In this document: positions 19,609-30,109 of the stretch, in pieces
How positions within the stretch are numbered: position 1 is the stretch's first letter
Layout of the letters: every line of letters begins with the position of its first letter
Source of the DNA: a bacterium
Lineage (GTDB): Bacteria; Patescibacteriota; Minisyncoccia; Moranbacterales; DUUL01
Direction of reading: 5' to 3'
NCBI GenBank assembly: GCA_018675685.1
Contig: JABGXP010000002.1
Location: 14,367 to 78,366 of the forward strand
Length of the DNA: 64,000 bases
Position numbers and translations under genes: made by a program
Notes under the pieces: generated by a model
Told to the model about the DNA's origin: nothing
Seen by the model: the letters and a program-made list of their open reading frames with translations, nothing else
Database searches by the model: none

Positions 19609-19670
19609 TGGATTGTCCCTTGAGCGATTTGTTTGATATAATTGAGTCACTTATTTGTAAGTATGCAAAA

Positions 19671-20204
19671 ATGAAAGTGAGGAAGAACTTTCTGATAAGT
19701 TTTACAGTGGTATTACTTTTTTTTATTGGCGCCACATCCCTACTTTTTACTTGGAAACAAAAAGAACAACTAAGGGGAGAGAAGATAATTAAGACTACAG
19801 AGGTTTATCCTGTTAGAATGTATTTCTTTTATTCTAATACTTGCCCTCATTGTCGAGATGAGAATAAATTTCTTTCGAAATTAGAAAAAGAAATACCTTT
19901 TTTGGTAATAGAGAGATTCGAAATATCAAATAGTAGCGATGAGATAACCAGATATGTTTTCTCTAAGCTCACCAAGAAGCATTCAACTGAGGGAGCAATT
20001 CCTTTAACAATAATCGGGGAAAATGTTACATTGGGATTTAATGATGATGAAAATTTAGGAGCTGATTTTAAAAATCAAATAAAAGAGTGTGCTTTAAATG
20101 GCTGTGACAGTTGGTTAGATAATGAATATGACATTGATAACACATTGACTCAGAGAAAAATTGACATATCTTCCAAACAATTTGAATTTATATTCAAGAA
20201 GTAA
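19671..20204 (+). CDS. membrane-anchored thioredoxin-fold protein (CxxC; DsbA/thiol-disulfide oxidoreductase-like)
   Basis: Start re-assigned to MKVRKNF..., downstream of rnpB and its terminator. N-terminal TM. CPHC active-site motif (SNTCPHCRDE). Confidence 0.6.
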   Translation: MKVRKNFLISFTVVLLFFIGATSLLFTWKQKEQLRGEKIIKTTEVYPVRMYFFYSNTCPHCRDENKFLSKLEKEIPFLVIERFEISNSSDEITRYVFSKLTKKHSTEGAIPLTIIGENVTLGFNDDENLGADFKNQIKECALNGCDSWLDNEYDIDNTLTQRKIDISSKQFEFIFKK

Positions 20205-20285
20205 TAGACGGAAAAAAGTGTAGAAAAATGATTGTTTTGCCTTAAATATATCAAGTACAGAAGCGGAAAATATTGTTTATTTTTA

Positions 20286-20314
20286 TTGCCAAAATGGTTT
20301 CAAAATGATATAAT
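20286..20314 (+). promoter_or_regulatory. sigma70 promoter TTGCCA-17nt-TATAAT (extended TGaTATAAT) upstream of the sugar transferase gene
   Basis: -35 at 20286-20291, -10 at 20309-20314, TG at -15/-14. Confidence 0.55.
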
Positions 20315-20394
20315 TTGATCATTAAAGTTTTGTCAAAGTGCCATTTGAATGGACTTTTAAAGTGTTTTAAAATGACAAAATATAGAAATATTTT

Positions 20395-21810
20395 ATGAAA
20401 AAATCCGAATTATTTTTTAGCGCCTTGCAAGTGCCGATTGACTATATAATGGTGGTGCTGGCAGGTATCGCAGCATATATTTGGCGTGCTTCAGAAGGAA
20501 TACAAGAAATTAAATCGATTGAATATCAATTTTCAATCAGACAGTTTGTTGAGGTATTGCTTGTCATCGCTGCTTTCTTTGTGCTTATATATGCGTTTGA
20601 AGGACTCTACGATATTAGATCAACAAAGCGAACTACACGTGAAGTTTATCGCGTAGTTCGGGCCACAATGCTTGGTCTCATGATCATTATTGTCGGAATT
20701 TTTGTTGACAGAGAACTATTTTCCTCCCGCTTTATTATCTTAGCAGGAGGCCTCTTTATAATGATTTTTGTTTCAGCAGGTAGAATGATGTTGGGATTTT
20801 TTCAAAGATATTTATTAGCGACAAGAAGAATAGGAGTTCATAGATTATTAATAATCGGTGTGGGAGACGTTTGTGGTTCGATAAAAAGGCAAATAAAATA
20901 TGATAGCTATAGGGGGTATAAAATTGCTGGGCACATTGAAAACATTGACCTAGAAAGAATCGAGAGGATTAAAAAGATGAAAGGTGTTGATGAAATTATT
21001 CATTGCGACCCTAAAGTCAGTAAAACAAAACTTCTTGGGCTCAAGGAATTTGCAATTCGCAACAGAATTACCTTTAAATACACACCAACTCTTCTGCAGA
21101 CTGCTAATTTTAAAATGGGCGTTTTCCTTGGAGAACCAATGATTGAGGTTAAGAACACACCTCTTGATGGATGGGGTAAAATTATTAAAAGAGCAGTTGA
21201 TATTATCGGTGCGCTAGTAGGGATTTTAATTTTTGGTATCCCCATGATTATCACTGCTATTACTATCTGGATTGAATCTAGAAAACCTATTATTTTTTTC
21301 AATGAAAGAGTAGGGCATAAAGGCAATTTTAACCTATTTAAGTTTAGGTATATGAAGAATAAATATTGTCACGGCAAACAATATTCAGATGCGCACAACA
21401 AAAAAGCTTTAAATTTTCTAGCTGAATTAATTGAAAAGCAATCAATCAAAACGGGACCGCTCTACAAAATCAAGAACGATCCACGGAGAACAAAAGTAGG
21501 AGCATTTTTAGAAAAATTCTCCCTTGATGAATTCCCTCAATTTTTCAATGTCTTGAAGGGAGAGATGAGTCTTGTTGGTCCGCGTCCTCATCAACCAATA
21601 GAGGTTGATAAATATGAAAATTTTCAACGTAGGGTTTTGACAATCAAGCCAGGGATCACTGGGATGGCTCAAATTTCCGGAAGGAGTGATTTGGAGTTTA
21701 ATGATGAAGTTCGTCTAGATACTTTCTATATTGAAAATTGGTCTTTGTGGCTCGATATTCAAATAATTTTAAAAACTATTCCTGCTCTCTTGCAGAGAAG
21801 GAAGAATTAA
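20395..21810 (+). CDS. polyprenyl-phosphate sugar phosphotransferase (bacterial sugar transferase, WbaP/EpsB family)
   Basis: C-terminal catalytic motif DEFPQFFNVLKGEMSLVGPRP. Several N-terminal TMs. 471 aa. Confidence 0.9.
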   Translation: MKKSELFFSALQVPIDYIMVVLAGIAAYIWRASEGIQEIKSIEYQFSIRQFVEVLLVIAAFFVLIYAFEGLYDIRSTKRTTREVYRVVRATMLGLMIIIVGIFVDRELFSSRFIILAGGLFIMIFVSAGRMMLGFFQRYLLATRRIGVHRLLIIGVGDVCGSIKRQIKYDSYRGYKIAGHIENIDLERIERIKKMKGVDEIIHCDPKVSKTKLLGLKEFAIRNRITFKYTPTLLQTANFKMGVFLGEPMIEVKNTPLDGWGKIIKRAVDIIGALVGILIFGIPMIITAITIWIESRKPIIFFNERVGHKGNFNLFKFRYMKNKYCHGKQYSDAHNKKALNFLAELIEKQSIKTGPLYKIKNDPRRTKVGAFLEKFSLDEFPQFFNVLKGEMSLVGPRPHQPIEVDKYENFQRRVLTIKPGITGMAQISGRSDLEFNDEVRLDTFYIENWSLWLDIQIILKTIPALLQRRKN

Positions 21811-21845
21811 GTTAATAAGTTTAGTAACCAAATTAGATTAACGAA

Positions 21846-23237
21846 ATGAAACAAAAAATCGATTTGGGGGAAATCAGAAAAGTGTACATGGTTGGCATCA
21901 AAGGATCTGGGATGATTGCTTTTGTTGAGATTTTTAATGCCCTGGGGAAAGAAGTATTTGGGAGTGATGTAGCGGAAGAATTTTTCACAGATGCAACGTT
22001 AAAGAGATTGGGTATTGAATATACAGAAGGTTTTTCTAGAAAGAATATTGCAAAGCATCAAGATGTTGATTTGGTTGTGCATTCGACAGCGTATAATCAG
22101 GACAATAATGTCGAGCTTGAGTATGCGGATAAAAACTATTTACCAATACTTTCATATCCTGAAATGATTGCTGCTTTCTCTGAGGAAAAAACCACGATTG
22201 CAATTTGTGGAACTCACGGTAAAACTACTACTACCGCTATGACAACATTGGCACTAAAGGAATGTGGAGCTGACCCAACTGCTATTGTTGGCTCAAAAGT
22301 CAAGCAATTAAACTCGAATATAGCCATTGGAGAGTCAGAATTTCTAGTGCTTGAAGCAGATGAATATCAGAATAAACTTGCTTCTTATTCCCCAGAAGGA
22401 GTGGTGCTACTGAACGTGGAATTTGATCACCCTGACTATTTTAAATCGATAAAAGAGTATAAGGAAGTCTTTGTTGCATTTGTTAAAAAAATACCAAAGG
22501 AGGGATTTCTGATTGTCTGTGCGGATGATTTAAACGCTATAAGCGTTGCGAAGCATGCGAAGTGTAAAGTTGTCGCATATGGAACTTTTCAAAAAGAAGG
22601 TCAAATTCAAAGAGTAGCCAAGGAGTTTGACGATGGAGGTGTTAAGGAATTTGAATTTTTTCTAATTCCAGAGGATTTGAAAATGAAAGTACCAGGGATT
22701 CACAATAGATTAAATGCAACGGCAGTATTAGCTGTTTGTGCACAACTGGGCTTGGACGAGAAGACTGCGAAAAAAGCAGTTAATGATTATGAAGGGGTCT
22801 CAAGAAGATTTGAAGAAGTCGGGAAAAGAAATGGCGCGCTTGTGATTGATGACTATGCTCATCACCCCACTGAGATTGTAGCAACTCTAGCCGCTGCGAA
22901 AGAAAGGTATCCGAAAAAAAACTTGATTTGTGTTTTCCATCCTCATACATTCTCTAGAACAAAAGCATTATTAGATGAGTTTGCAAAAAGTTTTGAAGAT
23001 GCAGATGAAGTAATTGTCTTAGATATCTATGGTTCAGCCAGAGAGAGCCAAGGTGGAGTGAGTTCAAAGGAGCTTGTTTCAAAGGCAAAGAAGTATCATC
23101 AAAATATAAATCATATCGCAACTATAAATGAGGTGTATGACAAGCTAGAATCAAAAATTGGCAAAGGTGATATTGTCTTGACGGTAGGCGCTGGTGATAT
23201 TGATAAGTTGGCAAAGAAATTAGTTAATGATATTTAG
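21846..23237 (+). CDS. murC: UDP-N-acetylmuramate--L-alanine ligase
   Basis: GIKGSGM (MurC N-terminus). ICGTHGKTTTTAM ATP-binding motif. Mur ligase middle and C-terminal domains. Confidence 0.9.
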   Translation: MKQKIDLGEIRKVYMVGIKGSGMIAFVEIFNALGKEVFGSDVAEEFFTDATLKRLGIEYTEGFSRKNIAKHQDVDLVVHSTAYNQDNNVELEYADKNYLPILSYPEMIAAFSEEKTTIAICGTHGKTTTTAMTTLALKECGADPTAIVGSKVKQLNSNIAIGESEFLVLEADEYQNKLASYSPEGVVLLNVEFDHPDYFKSIKEYKEVFVAFVKKIPKEGFLIVCADDLNAISVAKHAKCKVVAYGTFQKEGQIQRVAKEFDDGGVKEFEFFLIPEDLKMKVPGIHNRLNATAVLAVCAQLGLDEKTAKKAVNDYEGVSRRFEEVGKRNGALVIDDYAHHPTEIVATLAAAKERYPKKNLICVFHPHTFSRTKALLDEFAKSFEDADEVIVLDIYGSARESQGGVSSKELVSKAKKYHQNINHIATINEVYDKLESKIGKGDIVLTVGAGDIDKLAKKLVNDI

Positions 23238-23240
23238 TAT

Positions 23241-23669
23241 ATGGAATTTGAAGCTTGTAATTTAAAAGATACACGAGAATTGGCGAAAACCATACTCGAT
23301 TTATTGAATGGAAGAAATATAATCCTATTAGAAGGTAGTTTAGGCGCAGGAAAAACAACTCTCACGCAGGGACTCTTGGAGGAACTAAGAGCAGAAGGAC
23401 CATTTACATCGCCAACTTTCGTAGTCATGAAGGATTATAAACTAGATGGAAAGAAGGGTTTTCTTAAGGCATTTCATTTCGATTGTTATCGAATTGACTC
23501 CAGTGATTTGACTGAGATGTCTTGGCATGAAGTTATTACTAATAAAGATAATTTAGTGGTTGTAGAGTGGCCGGAGAAAATAAAAGAAGCTTTACCTAAA
23601 GATTCTTTGTGCATTAAGATTGAAATCGTAGATGAGAGTAAAAGGAAATTTATAATAAAAAATAATTAA
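23241..23669 (+). CDS. tsaE: tRNA threonylcarbamoyladenosine biosynthesis protein TsaE (YjeE ATPase)
   Basis: LLEGSLGAGKTTLTQGL P-loop. 142 aa, typical size. Confidence 0.8.
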   Translation: MEFEACNLKDTRELAKTILDLLNGRNIILLEGSLGAGKTTLTQGLLEELRAEGPFTSPTFVVMKDYKLDGKKGFLKAFHFDCYRIDSSDLTEMSWHEVITNKDNLVVVEWPEKIKEALPKDSLCIKIEIVDESKRKFIIKNN

Positions 23670-23674
23670 AATGT

Positions 23675-25042
23675 ATGGAAATAAATCCACATGCGTTTAA
23701 GGCATACGACATTAGAGGGCTTTACCCGGAGGATGTGAATGAGGAGGTTGCGTATAAAACTGGACTTGCTTATGCGAACTTTTTAAAAGATGCAAAGAAG
23801 ATCGTGGTTGGTGTAGATTTTAGACACAGCAGTCCTGCCTTGAAAGAAGCTCTTATCGAAGGATTAACAGATGGTGGCAAAGATGTGGTTGATATTGGCG
23901 AAGTCCCAACACCAATTTTATATTTTGGAATTGCTCATTATAAGTATGATGGTGGGATTGAAATTACAGCCTCGCACAACGCCGGTGAGTATAATGGGAT
24001 TAAACTTCAAAAGGAAAAGGCGCTGCCAATTTATGGCGAGAACGGAATTTATGACATTCGTGATGCAGTTTTAAGTAATGATTTACACAAAGCCAAGGAA
24101 AAAGGTAGTGTTGAAACAAAAGAGATCGTTGGCGAGTACATGGACTATCTTGTTTCTAAAATTCAATTGAAAAGATCACTTAAAATTGTCATCGATTGTG
24201 GGAATGGTGCTTGTGGATTTATCCCTGAAAAGATTTTCAAGAAACTCGGATGCGAAGTGGAGACAATCTTTGGAGAGCCTGATGGAGATTTTCCAAATCA
24301 CATTGCTGACCCGTATCGAGAAGAAAATATGCAAGATTTGAAGAAAAAAGTTCTGGAGTCTGGTGCAGACATCGGAATTGCTTTTGATGGTGATGGTGAT
24401 CGGGTTGGATTGATTGATAAAAGAGGAAGAATTATTTCTGGTGAACACCAGTTAATGCTTTTATATAGAAGAGTTTTGAAGGAGGTAAAGGGGAAAATTG
24501 TAATGGAAGTTAGGACATCAAAAGTTGCTCTTGGTGATATCGAAAAACATGGAGGGGAACCTGTGATGGCAGTTGCGGGCCATGCATATGTCCTAGACTC
24601 TGTTTTTAAAGAAAAAGCGGTATTTGGTGGAGAGACTACTGGACATATCTACTTTCCAAAGCATTACTATGATTATGATGATGGAATCTTTACAGCTTTG
24701 AAATTAGCCGAGGTTGTTGCTGAGAATGAGGATTTTGAGAAATGTATAGATGAACTGCCAGTTGCTTTTGCAAGCAAAGAATATTTTGTGGACTGTCCAG
24801 ACGAAGAGAAGGCGGGAAGAATGGGAAGTCTTGCAGATTATTTACGGGAGAATGAGTATGATTTCCTGGACATCGATGGAGTCCGAATCAATTTCCCAAA
24901 TGGTTGGGCATTGGCTCGCCCTTCTAATACAACTCCTCATATTAAATGCAGAATGGAAGGAGATACACTGGAAGATTTGAAAGACATAGAAGCGAAGGCG
25001 AGAGAGTTATTTGGAAAATTTGATATCAATATCGAAGAGTAG
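23675..25042 (+). CDS. phosphomannomutase/phosphoglucomutase (alpha-D-phosphohexomutase family)
   Basis: Active-site serine loop TASHNAGEYNGIK. Metal-binding FDGDGDR. 455 aa. Confidence 0.85.
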   Translation: MEINPHAFKAYDIRGLYPEDVNEEVAYKTGLAYANFLKDAKKIVVGVDFRHSSPALKEALIEGLTDGGKDVVDIGEVPTPILYFGIAHYKYDGGIEITASHNAGEYNGIKLQKEKALPIYGENGIYDIRDAVLSNDLHKAKEKGSVETKEIVGEYMDYLVSKIQLKRSLKIVIDCGNGACGFIPEKIFKKLGCEVETIFGEPDGDFPNHIADPYREENMQDLKKKVLESGADIGIAFDGDGDRVGLIDKRGRIISGEHQLMLLYRRVLKEVKGKIVMEVRTSKVALGDIEKHGGEPVMAVAGHAYVLDSVFKEKAVFGGETTGHIYFPKHYYDYDDGIFTALKLAEVVAENEDFEKCIDELPVAFASKEYFVDCPDEEKAGRMGSLADYLRENEYDFLDIDGVRINFPNGWALARPSNTTPHIKCRMEGDTLEDLKDIEAKARELFGKFDINIEE

Positions 25043-25057
25043 AATGTTTTAAGATAA

Positions 25058-25090
25058 CAAAAAACCACCATGAAATTGGTGGTTTTTTGT
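25058..25090. terminator. bidirectional Rho-independent terminator between convergent genes
   Basis: AAAAAACCACCA-TGAAAT-TGGTGGTTTTTT. Confidence 0.8.
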
Positions 25091-25108
25091 TTGTGTGAAA
25101 GTGCAGCG

Positions 25109-26563
25109 TTATATTTTTTCCTTAGCCAAGCGTAATGTTTGATCTGTTAACCATTTGGCGCATTCCTCTGAAATAGCCTCGCTGTAGCATCTAAGTTCCG
25201 GTGCATTTCCCGATGGTCGCAGGTGAACTATTTCTCCATTCTCTAGATACATCCTTGCCCCATCAGTGAAATCAACCTTTTTGATTTGTGCTGGAAATTG
25301 GAACATTTCCGTAACCTCCGAGAAATCTGTCATCTTGGAAAGTTTAACAATAAAAGCTTTACTGTTTTCAGTTGGAACTCCTTTTATACTGCTGCTATAA
25401 ACGATTCTTCGGGGCATACTAATTGCTAATTCCGAGAGCGTAAGACCGCGCATGTCCGCTAGAAGAAGCGCTCCAATAAGAGGGAAGACTGCGTCCCTTG
25501 TCGGTAGTGGTTGAAAATTCCTCCCATCAATCTCTATTTCGTCAGCTGTTAGGAATCCACCGTTTGCTTCGTATGAAACAACTCTTGAAAGTCCGTTTTT
25601 AAGAGCCTCATTCATTCCTGCAATTACATATGGAGAACCAATTTTTGTCCTTCTGATATCTTTGAATTTTCCAAGCTCCTCAAGTGCAGTGCTTGAGCTG
25701 ATCGGAACTGAGACCGAATTTGCCTTAAGATAAAGGGCACTGAAAATACAAAGCACGTCGCCTCTGATGAAATGACCTTTCTCATCGAAAAGCATAGGGC
25801 GATCAGTGTCTCCATCAGTAGAAAAGATAACATCTGGGCTATATTCCTTTACCCAATTGGCTGCTAACTCCAGATCTTCTTCTCGAATTGCTTCTGTGTC
25901 AATCGGTGTGAAATTTTCAGTGTAATTAACTTTTATCACTTCAGCACCGAGTTTTTCAAAAATCTGTGGCAAAAGTTCACGTCCAACAGAGGAGTGCCCA
26001 TAGAAAACTATTTTTTTGTCTCCTAAGCAATTTTTAGGTAAGAAGTTCGTATAACGCTCAAGATAGAGTTGCGCGGCCTCCTCGTTGATTTTTGGTAGCT
26101 CATCTACGCTTAAGAGTTCATCATTAAGATCGAATTTTTTAGTAAAGTTATTTTCAACAGACAACTTTTCTTTTAATTCGATAATGCGAGGTTCATCTGT
26201 TTTTAAAACTTCTCCAAAGGGCATATTAAATTTAATTCCATTCATATCAAAAGGAATATGACTCCCTGTTATCATGATACTTGGAATGTGTTTTTGAAAT
26301 CCAAAAAATGAAACTGCTGGAGTTGGAATTTTCCCACAATTTGAGACCTGGCAACCAAAGTCTGTGATAGCTGTTGCGACAGCAGACATTATTTTATTGG
26401 TGCTGGGTCGCCTGTCTCCTGCGATTGCGACTAGAGATTCCCTTTGAATATTGTTAGTCTCTAATAAATACATCAGGAATGCAGTTGTTGAAATATAACA
26501 CTCCTTGTCAGTCATTTCAGTTACAAATCCGCGTAGTCCACTTGTTCCAAACTTTAAAGCCAT
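25109..26563 (-). CDS. phosphoglucomutase-like alpha-D-phosphohexomutase
   Basis: N-terminal KFGTSGLRG. Phosphoserine loop TGSHIPFDMNGIKF. Metal site DGDTDR. 484 aa. Confidence 0.8.
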   Translation of the reverse strand: MALKFGTSGLRGFVTEMTDKECYISTTAFLMYLLETNNIQRESLVAIAGDRRPSTNKIMSAVATAITDFGCQVSNCGKIPTPAVSFFGFQKHIPSIMITGSHIPFDMNGIKFNMPFGEVLKTDEPRIIELKEKLSVENNFTKKFDLNDELLSVDELPKINEEAAQLYLERYTNFLPKNCLGDKKIVFYGHSSVGRELLPQIFEKLGAEVIKVNYTENFTPIDTEAIREEDLELAANWVKEYSPDVIFSTDGDTDRPMLFDEKGHFIRGDVLCIFSALYLKANSVSVPISSSTALEELGKFKDIRRTKIGSPYVIAGMNEALKNGLSRVVSYEANGGFLTADEIEIDGRNFQPLPTRDAVFPLIGALLLADMRGLTLSELAISMPRRIVYSSSIKGVPTENSKAFIVKLSKMTDFSEVTEMFQFPAQIKKVDFTDGARMYLENGEIVHLRPSGNAPELRCYSEAISEECAKWLTDQTLRLAKEKI

Positions 26564-26627
26564 AAGTCTACTTTATAATTTTTAATATCCTCAATTATAG
26601 CATTAATCAATTCTTTTTGTAAGAAAA

Positions 26628-27200
26628 TTAGCTTGTAAGATAACTAGTTGCCAGGGAAACGATCTTTTCAATTTTCCGTTTATTTTTATCAGTCAACTTT
26701 TTAGCTTGGTCGACCATAAAACCTTTTGCCTTGAAACCACAAAACCTCAAAGTCTCTTTTACAACAACCTTGAGTGAGCGATTTCCCAAGATTAGTTTTT
26801 CGGCGATTGCAGGACCACCAGTAGTTGTAATGACTGCAACTTTCCCTGTTAGCAACCCTTTCGGAAAACCATATTTATTGTAACGAAAGGCAAATCGATT
26901 TGTGAGTGTTCGATCAAAAAAACCTTTCAGTATTGCTGGTGTGCCATTCCACCAAGTGGGGTAGATAATTACAAAACTCCTTTCCTTTTCAAGAAGCTTT
27001 TGATACTTCTTTGTCTCTTTTGCAATAGCATAATTACCAGAAGTATAATGTTCTTTTGGTTGTAGAACTGGATTATAATTTTCTTGATATAGGTCAATGA
27101 CTTGATGAACTATTTTTTTTGAATCTAATTCAGCAGTTAGTTGTTTTAAGATATAACCACAATGACCATCGTGGTTTGGATGAGCATAAATAATAAGCAT
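26628..27200 (-). CDS. flavodoxin-like fold NAD(P)H-dependent oxidoreductase (NQO/azoreductase-like)
   Basis: N-terminus MLIIYAHPNHDGHCGYI, typical of Flavodoxin_2 / NAD(P)H dehydrogenase (quinone)-like proteins. 190 aa. Confidence 0.65.
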   Translation of the reverse strand: MLIIYAHPNHDGHCGYILKQLTAELDSKKIVHQVIDLYQENYNPVLQPKEHYTSGNYAIAKETKKYQKLLEKERSFVIIYPTWWNGTPAILKGFFDRTLTNRFAFRYNKYGFPKGLLTGKVAVITTTGGPAIAEKLILGNRSLKVVVKETLRFCGFKAKGFMVDQAKKLTDKNKRKIEKIVSLATSYLTS

Positions 27201-27220
27201 AGTAAAATTTAAATATTAGA

Positions 27221-27796
27221 TTATAGAATTTTAACCCCGATTTCTTTTAGAGTTTTTGCAGTTTCAAAGAGAGGTAGACCCATATTATTAAAATAATCCC
27301 CAGAACTATTTTCAACAAAAATTGCGCCAATCTCTTGAACTGCAATCCCTCCTGCTTTATCAAGCGGGATACTGGTCTTGATGTAACCTTCAATTTCTTC
27401 GTTTGTTATTTTTCTAAAAGTGATTTTAGATGTTACTGCTTTTGAAATAATTTTTTGGCTCCGAGGTTCAATAATAGTGATACCAGAAATAACCTCGACA
27501 GTTCTATTGCTGGTTTTTCTGAGCATTTCTCTAGCCACTTCGGTTGTTCTCGGTTTTCCAAGTAATTCTCCATCTAAAACCACGAAAGTATCAGCACCAA
27601 TAACGATGTGCTGGGGATATCTTTTTGCAACCTCCTGAGCCTTTCCTTTAGAAAGGAATTTCGCTAATTCTTTAGGTGGCATTCTTAAAGTCATATCTTC
27701 CTTGAAATTACTTCCAACTGTTTTAAAAGGGATGTGGAGTTTTGAGAAAATTTCTTTTCTTCGTGGTGACTTTGAAGCCAGTATTATTTTTTGCAT
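27221..27796 (-). CDS. maf: Maf-like nucleoside triphosphate pyrophosphatase
   Basis: ILASKSPRRKEI N-terminal signature. GADTFV motif. 191 aa. Confidence 0.85.
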   Translation of the reverse strand: MQKIILASKSPRRKEIFSKLHIPFKTVGSNFKEDMTLRMPPKELAKFLSKGKAQEVAKRYPQHIVIGADTFVVLDGELLGKPRTTEVAREMLRKTSNRTVEVISGITIIEPRSQKIISKAVTSKITFRKITNEEIEGYIKTSIPLDKAGGIAVQEIGAIFVENSSGDYFNNMGLPLFETAKTLKEIGVKIL

Positions 27797-27802
27797 TGTT
27801 TT

Positions 27803-28474
27803 TTAGTTTATCTCCCAACTTACTTCTCCTAAATTTCTTGCTAAGAGAAATTCATTTGTTTTACTGAAATGCTTACAACCCAGGAAACCTCGATGAGCTG
27901 AAAGTGGCGAAGGATGTGGAGCTTCTAGGATCAGATGTTTTGACCGATCAATTAATGAGGACTTATTTTGTGCATAGGCGCCCCAAAGTAGAAAAACCAA
28001 ATTTTCTCGTTTATCCGAGAGTGCCTGTATCGCATTGTCAGTAAACTCTTCCCAACCTTTTTTCTGATGAGATCCGGCATTATGGGCCTGGACAGTTAGC
28101 GTGGCATTTAAGAGTAGAACCCCTTGACGAGCCCAAGAACTGAGATCTCCGGAGAGCGGCATTTTTACTCCTAAATCACTCTCGATTTCTTTATAGATGT
28201 TGACTAGTGAAGGTGGGATCTTAATCTCCTTTGGAACAGAAAAACACAATCCATGAGCTTGGGACGGTCCGTGATATGGATCTTGACCAAGAATCACAAC
28301 TCGCACGTCATCGAAAGGACATTCTTCAAAGGCGCGAAAAACATTTTTTGGATGTGGAAAAATCTTCTTTGAAAGATATTCATTTCTTACAAAACTAGAA
28401 AGCGATTTGAAATAGGGTTTTTCGAACTCTGCCCCCAGGTTCTTTTTCCAGGTTCTTTCGATTTTGATATTCAT
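27803..28474 (-). CDS. ung: uracil-DNA glycosylase (family 1)
   Basis: VVILGQDPYHGPSQAHGLCFSV water-activating motif. C-terminal HPSPLSA. 223 aa. Confidence 0.9.
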   Translation of the reverse strand: MNIKIERTWKKNLGAEFEKPYFKSLSSFVRNEYLSKKIFPHPKNVFRAFEECPFDDVRVVILGQDPYHGPSQAHGLCFSVPKEIKIPPSLVNIYKEIESDLGVKMPLSGDLSSWARQGVLLLNATLTVQAHNAGSHQKKGWEEFTDNAIQALSDKRENLVFLLWGAYAQNKSSLIDRSKHLILEAPHPSPLSAHRGFLGCKHFSKTNEFLLARNLGEVSWEIN

Positions 28475-28839
28475 TTAGCTGGACAATGGTTTATATTTCT
28501 ATCGTGTTGTAGTATTCTAACATCTTTAATTAATTTGGAAAATATTCGATGCGTTAAATTTTTTGATATTAAGACACAAGAGCTTCAAAGCTATAGAAAT
28601 AAAAAAGAAACTATTAGAAATTTGGTGAGTAGAAAACAGAATCGCAAGACCTTCTTAAGGGCATAGATACTTGTTTTTTTGCTTAAGATAGGATAAGATG
28701 GGAGACAATCAAATTCTGATTGAGTTCTTTGAAAACAACCAATAAAATGCAAAGGAGGTGAGGCCGATGTTTGTGTCTGGAGAATAAGTACAGTTGAGTA
28801 ATGTGTCAACGGGCACTTATATATAAAGGAGAACTGATC

Positions 28840-30045
28840 ATGAAAGGTGTGGAAATTAAGTATGCAGATGTTTGTATAGGAGCTCTTTTTGGAGCATATC
28901 GACAACTTCTCCAAATGACTTTTGGTGAGGCCTTATCTGAAACAAGGTATGGTAAAGGTGACACAAAAGGTTTCGACGCCAGCGTTGAAAGTGGAATAAA
29001 GAAGTGTTTGGGAGACTTCAATGGTGAAGAGATTGTTCTTATTACAGAAGAGACTGACGATGTAACTTCACGTGTTTGGCCAATCGATCCCAACCCGAAA
29101 CAGCAGCCAAAAATGTTTTTCTCTGATCCGGTTGATCGCTCTAAATATTTGGAGCAGATCATTAATCTCATGGCCAAAAAACTTTTTCCGGATGATGACT
29201 CTGGTGAAAATGCTAAAAAGAGAAGCAATATTAAGGTTGCTGAACTATTGATGCATGAGGACATCGTCAAACTCTGGGATAAGGAGGTTGATGCACCAGC
29301 TTCTATTACAGGAGCTACTGCAGCCATCACTTATGTTAATAGGGGAAGGGTAATTTTTTCCGTCATTCTCAACTTCATCACAAGAGACATTTATGTCGCA
29401 TGTGATATCGGAATTAAGAGTGTGAGGATTGATAAGGATTTTAAAAACATCCCCACAAAAGATCCCTTGGAATATATCATGCGAGAGGGAAGGGAAATCG
29501 TTTTCCCATCTGCCATGGAGCGATCCTTAGTTGATGATGATCTGAATAACTTTGTGACATTTCTTGGAAAAGATATGTACAAAGAGATTTTCGTAGAAAG
29601 TGGGATTGTCCCTGGTGATTATAAGAAATTCATTCACCATGATCGACCAGGCGGCCCATCCAGAGTTTTATATCTTTCCGATTTGCAGCCAAAGGAGGCT
29701 CCTGTTGGCTTCATTCTCGCTAATGGTGAAAAAATCGGGGAATGGATGCACTGGTTGCCTTTTGTGAAATTCGCAAGAAATTTCAGTGGAAACCCCGCTT
29801 TGAGGCTCTACGAAGTTTCTTTGAAGAAAGCATTGTTCAAAAATGATATCCTGGTTTCAACACCCCCTGCATACAGCATTTTTAACTGCAGGGACGAAAA
29901 GAAATACATCGACGTGAGTATCATGAAAAATCACGCTCAACCAAGTCGTTTTCGCTCAATGCTCGTTATCGCTTCAAGTGACAACGAAAGAATCGGTCCA
30001 CTGATGGACAGGTTTGAGTATCGTGATGTTGGAATGTGTCTCTAA
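28840..30045 (+). CDS. hypothetical protein (401 aa). Possible divergent sugar-phosphatase (FIG/IMPase-like) motifs.
   Basis: Start re-assigned to the ATG at 28840, preceded by SD AAAGGAG. Weak resemblance to IMPase motifs (NGEEIVLITEE; VWPIDPNPK versus WVIDPLDGT in the bona fide IMPase at 13195). No confident family assignment. Confidence 0.5.
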   Translation: MKGVEIKYADVCIGALFGAYRQLLQMTFGEALSETRYGKGDTKGFDASVESGIKKCLGDFNGEEIVLITEETDDVTSRVWPIDPNPKQQPKMFFSDPVDRSKYLEQIINLMAKKLFPDDDSGENAKKRSNIKVAELLMHEDIVKLWDKEVDAPASITGATAAITYVNRGRVIFSVILNFITRDIYVACDIGIKSVRIDKDFKNIPTKDPLEYIMREGREIVFPSAMERSLVDDDLNNFVTFLGKDMYKEIFVESGIVPGDYKKFIHHDRPGGPSRVLYLSDLQPKEAPVGFILANGEKIGEWMHWLPFVKFARNFSGNPALRLYEVSLKKALFKNDILVSTPPAYSIFNCRDEKKYIDVSIMKNHAQPSRFRSMLVIASSDNERIGPLMDRFEYRDVGMCL

Positions 30046-30072
30046 TCTCCAAAGGAGACGATTTAGAAAAAT

Positions 30073-30109
30073 AAGCGAGCAAGTGCCAAATGGCATTTGC
30101 TCGCTTTTC
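30073..30109 (+). terminator. Rho-independent terminator
   Basis: AGCGAGCAAGTGCCA-AA-TGGCATTTGCTCGCT 15-bp stem followed by TTTT. Confidence 0.75.

Noticed and set aside
19560-19670. N-terminal 37 codons of the track ORF 19560-20204
   Set aside because: They overlap the 3' end and terminator of the RNase P RNA. An internal ATG at 19671 begins a signal/TM segment and is the plausible start.
28801-28839. Upstream start of the 414-aa ORF
   Set aside because: There is no SD. The ATG at 28840 has AAAGGAG at proper spacing.
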